Shown here: positions 23,866 to 24,000 of the stretch, piece by piece
Layout of the letters: each line of letters begins with the position of its first letter
Numbering within the stretch: position 1 is the first letter of the stretch
Source: Rhodanobacter sp.
GTDB lineage: Bacteria > Pseudomonadota > Gammaproteobacteria > Xanthomonadales > Rhodanobacteraceae
Length of the DNA: 24,000 bases
Direction of reading: 5' to 3'
NCBI GenBank assembly: GCA_022730075.1
Contig: DZBX01000014.1
Coordinates: 8,417 to 32,416, forward strand
Position numbers and translations under genes: made by a program
The notes under the pieces: model-generated
Told to the model about the DNA's origin: nothing
Databases searched by the model: none
The model's input: the letters and a program-made list of their open reading frames with translations, nothing else

Positions 23866-24000
23866 ATGAAAGCACGATATACGTTGTGTGTGGTCGCGTC
23901 CCTGCTGTTCGCAACGATCGCGGCGGCGGCATCAAACCTCAATCTTTCCAAGAGCAACATCTATCGGCTGACCTATTCCAGCGAACTCGCCAGTCCGGTT
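23866..24000 (+). CDS. Start of a further secreted protein (3'-truncated by the window edge)
   Basis: The ATG at 23866 follows GAGGGA. The translation MKARYTLCVVASLLFATIAAAASNLNLSKSNIYRLTYSSELASPV has a clear signal peptide and stays open to nt 24000. It is absent from the ORF track because no stop codon falls in the window. Confidence 0.4.
   Translation, partial: MKARYTLCVVASLLFATIAAAASNLNLSKSNIYRLTYSSELASPV

Noticed and set aside
1-24000. Search for tRNA, rRNA, CRISPR arrays, transposases, integrases or IS-type terminal inverted repeats, especially around the GC drop at about 22.1-22.2 kb.
   Set aside because: Reading by eye found no cloverleaf-compatible segments, no regularly spaced direct repeats and no recombinase-like ORFs. 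The low-GC segment therefore cannot be called a mobile element from this window alone.

Overview
High-GC proteobacterial chromosomal window. Hand-counted 60-nt lines from core genes give about 63-68% GC. The secretion-gene order L-M-(C/N)-D and the overall gene content suggest a Xanthomonadales-like gammaproteobacterium, but that is inference only. 1-4286 is the distal end of a type II secretion operon: GspL-like, GspM-like, GspC/XpsN-like and a lipobox-bearing secretin, all translationally coupled. 4.4-14.4 kb holds ordinary genes: cystathionine beta-synthase, a DUF465 protein, an orphan prpD, an OmpA-family protein with a CCG-encoded poly-Pro linker, a pseudouridine synthase, a minus-strand operon (dienelactone hydrolase, HIT, tesB, small membrane protein) and rimO. 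prpD sits behind a 537-bp intergenic region with three TTTGCAAA palindromes embedded in five consecutive hairpins. The standout block is 14.6-22.0 kb. It starts with a sigma-54 enhancer-binding protein that has a degenerate receiver domain. A 440-bp intergenic region follows, carrying a near-consensus -24/-12 sigma-54 promoter. Next is a complete six-gene functional-amyloid (Fap) operon, fapABCDEF: repeat-bearing FapB and FapC, C39-like peptidase FapD, and coiled-coil plus beta-barrel FapF. A terminator-like hairpin lies between fapC and fapD. Fap is a known family first described in Pseudomonas. The adjacent sigma-54 activator and promoter and the unusual FapC architecture are the less-described parts. 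After fapF, at about 22.2 kb, GC drops to about 56% over seven hand-counted lines. That segment holds three uncharacterised ORFs: a 301-aa cytoplasmic protein with a coiled-coil tail and two small secreted proteins. I saw no rRNA, tRNA, CRISPR array, transposase or integrase. Many long ORFs in the six-frame track are off-frame or antisense artefacts of the high GC content.
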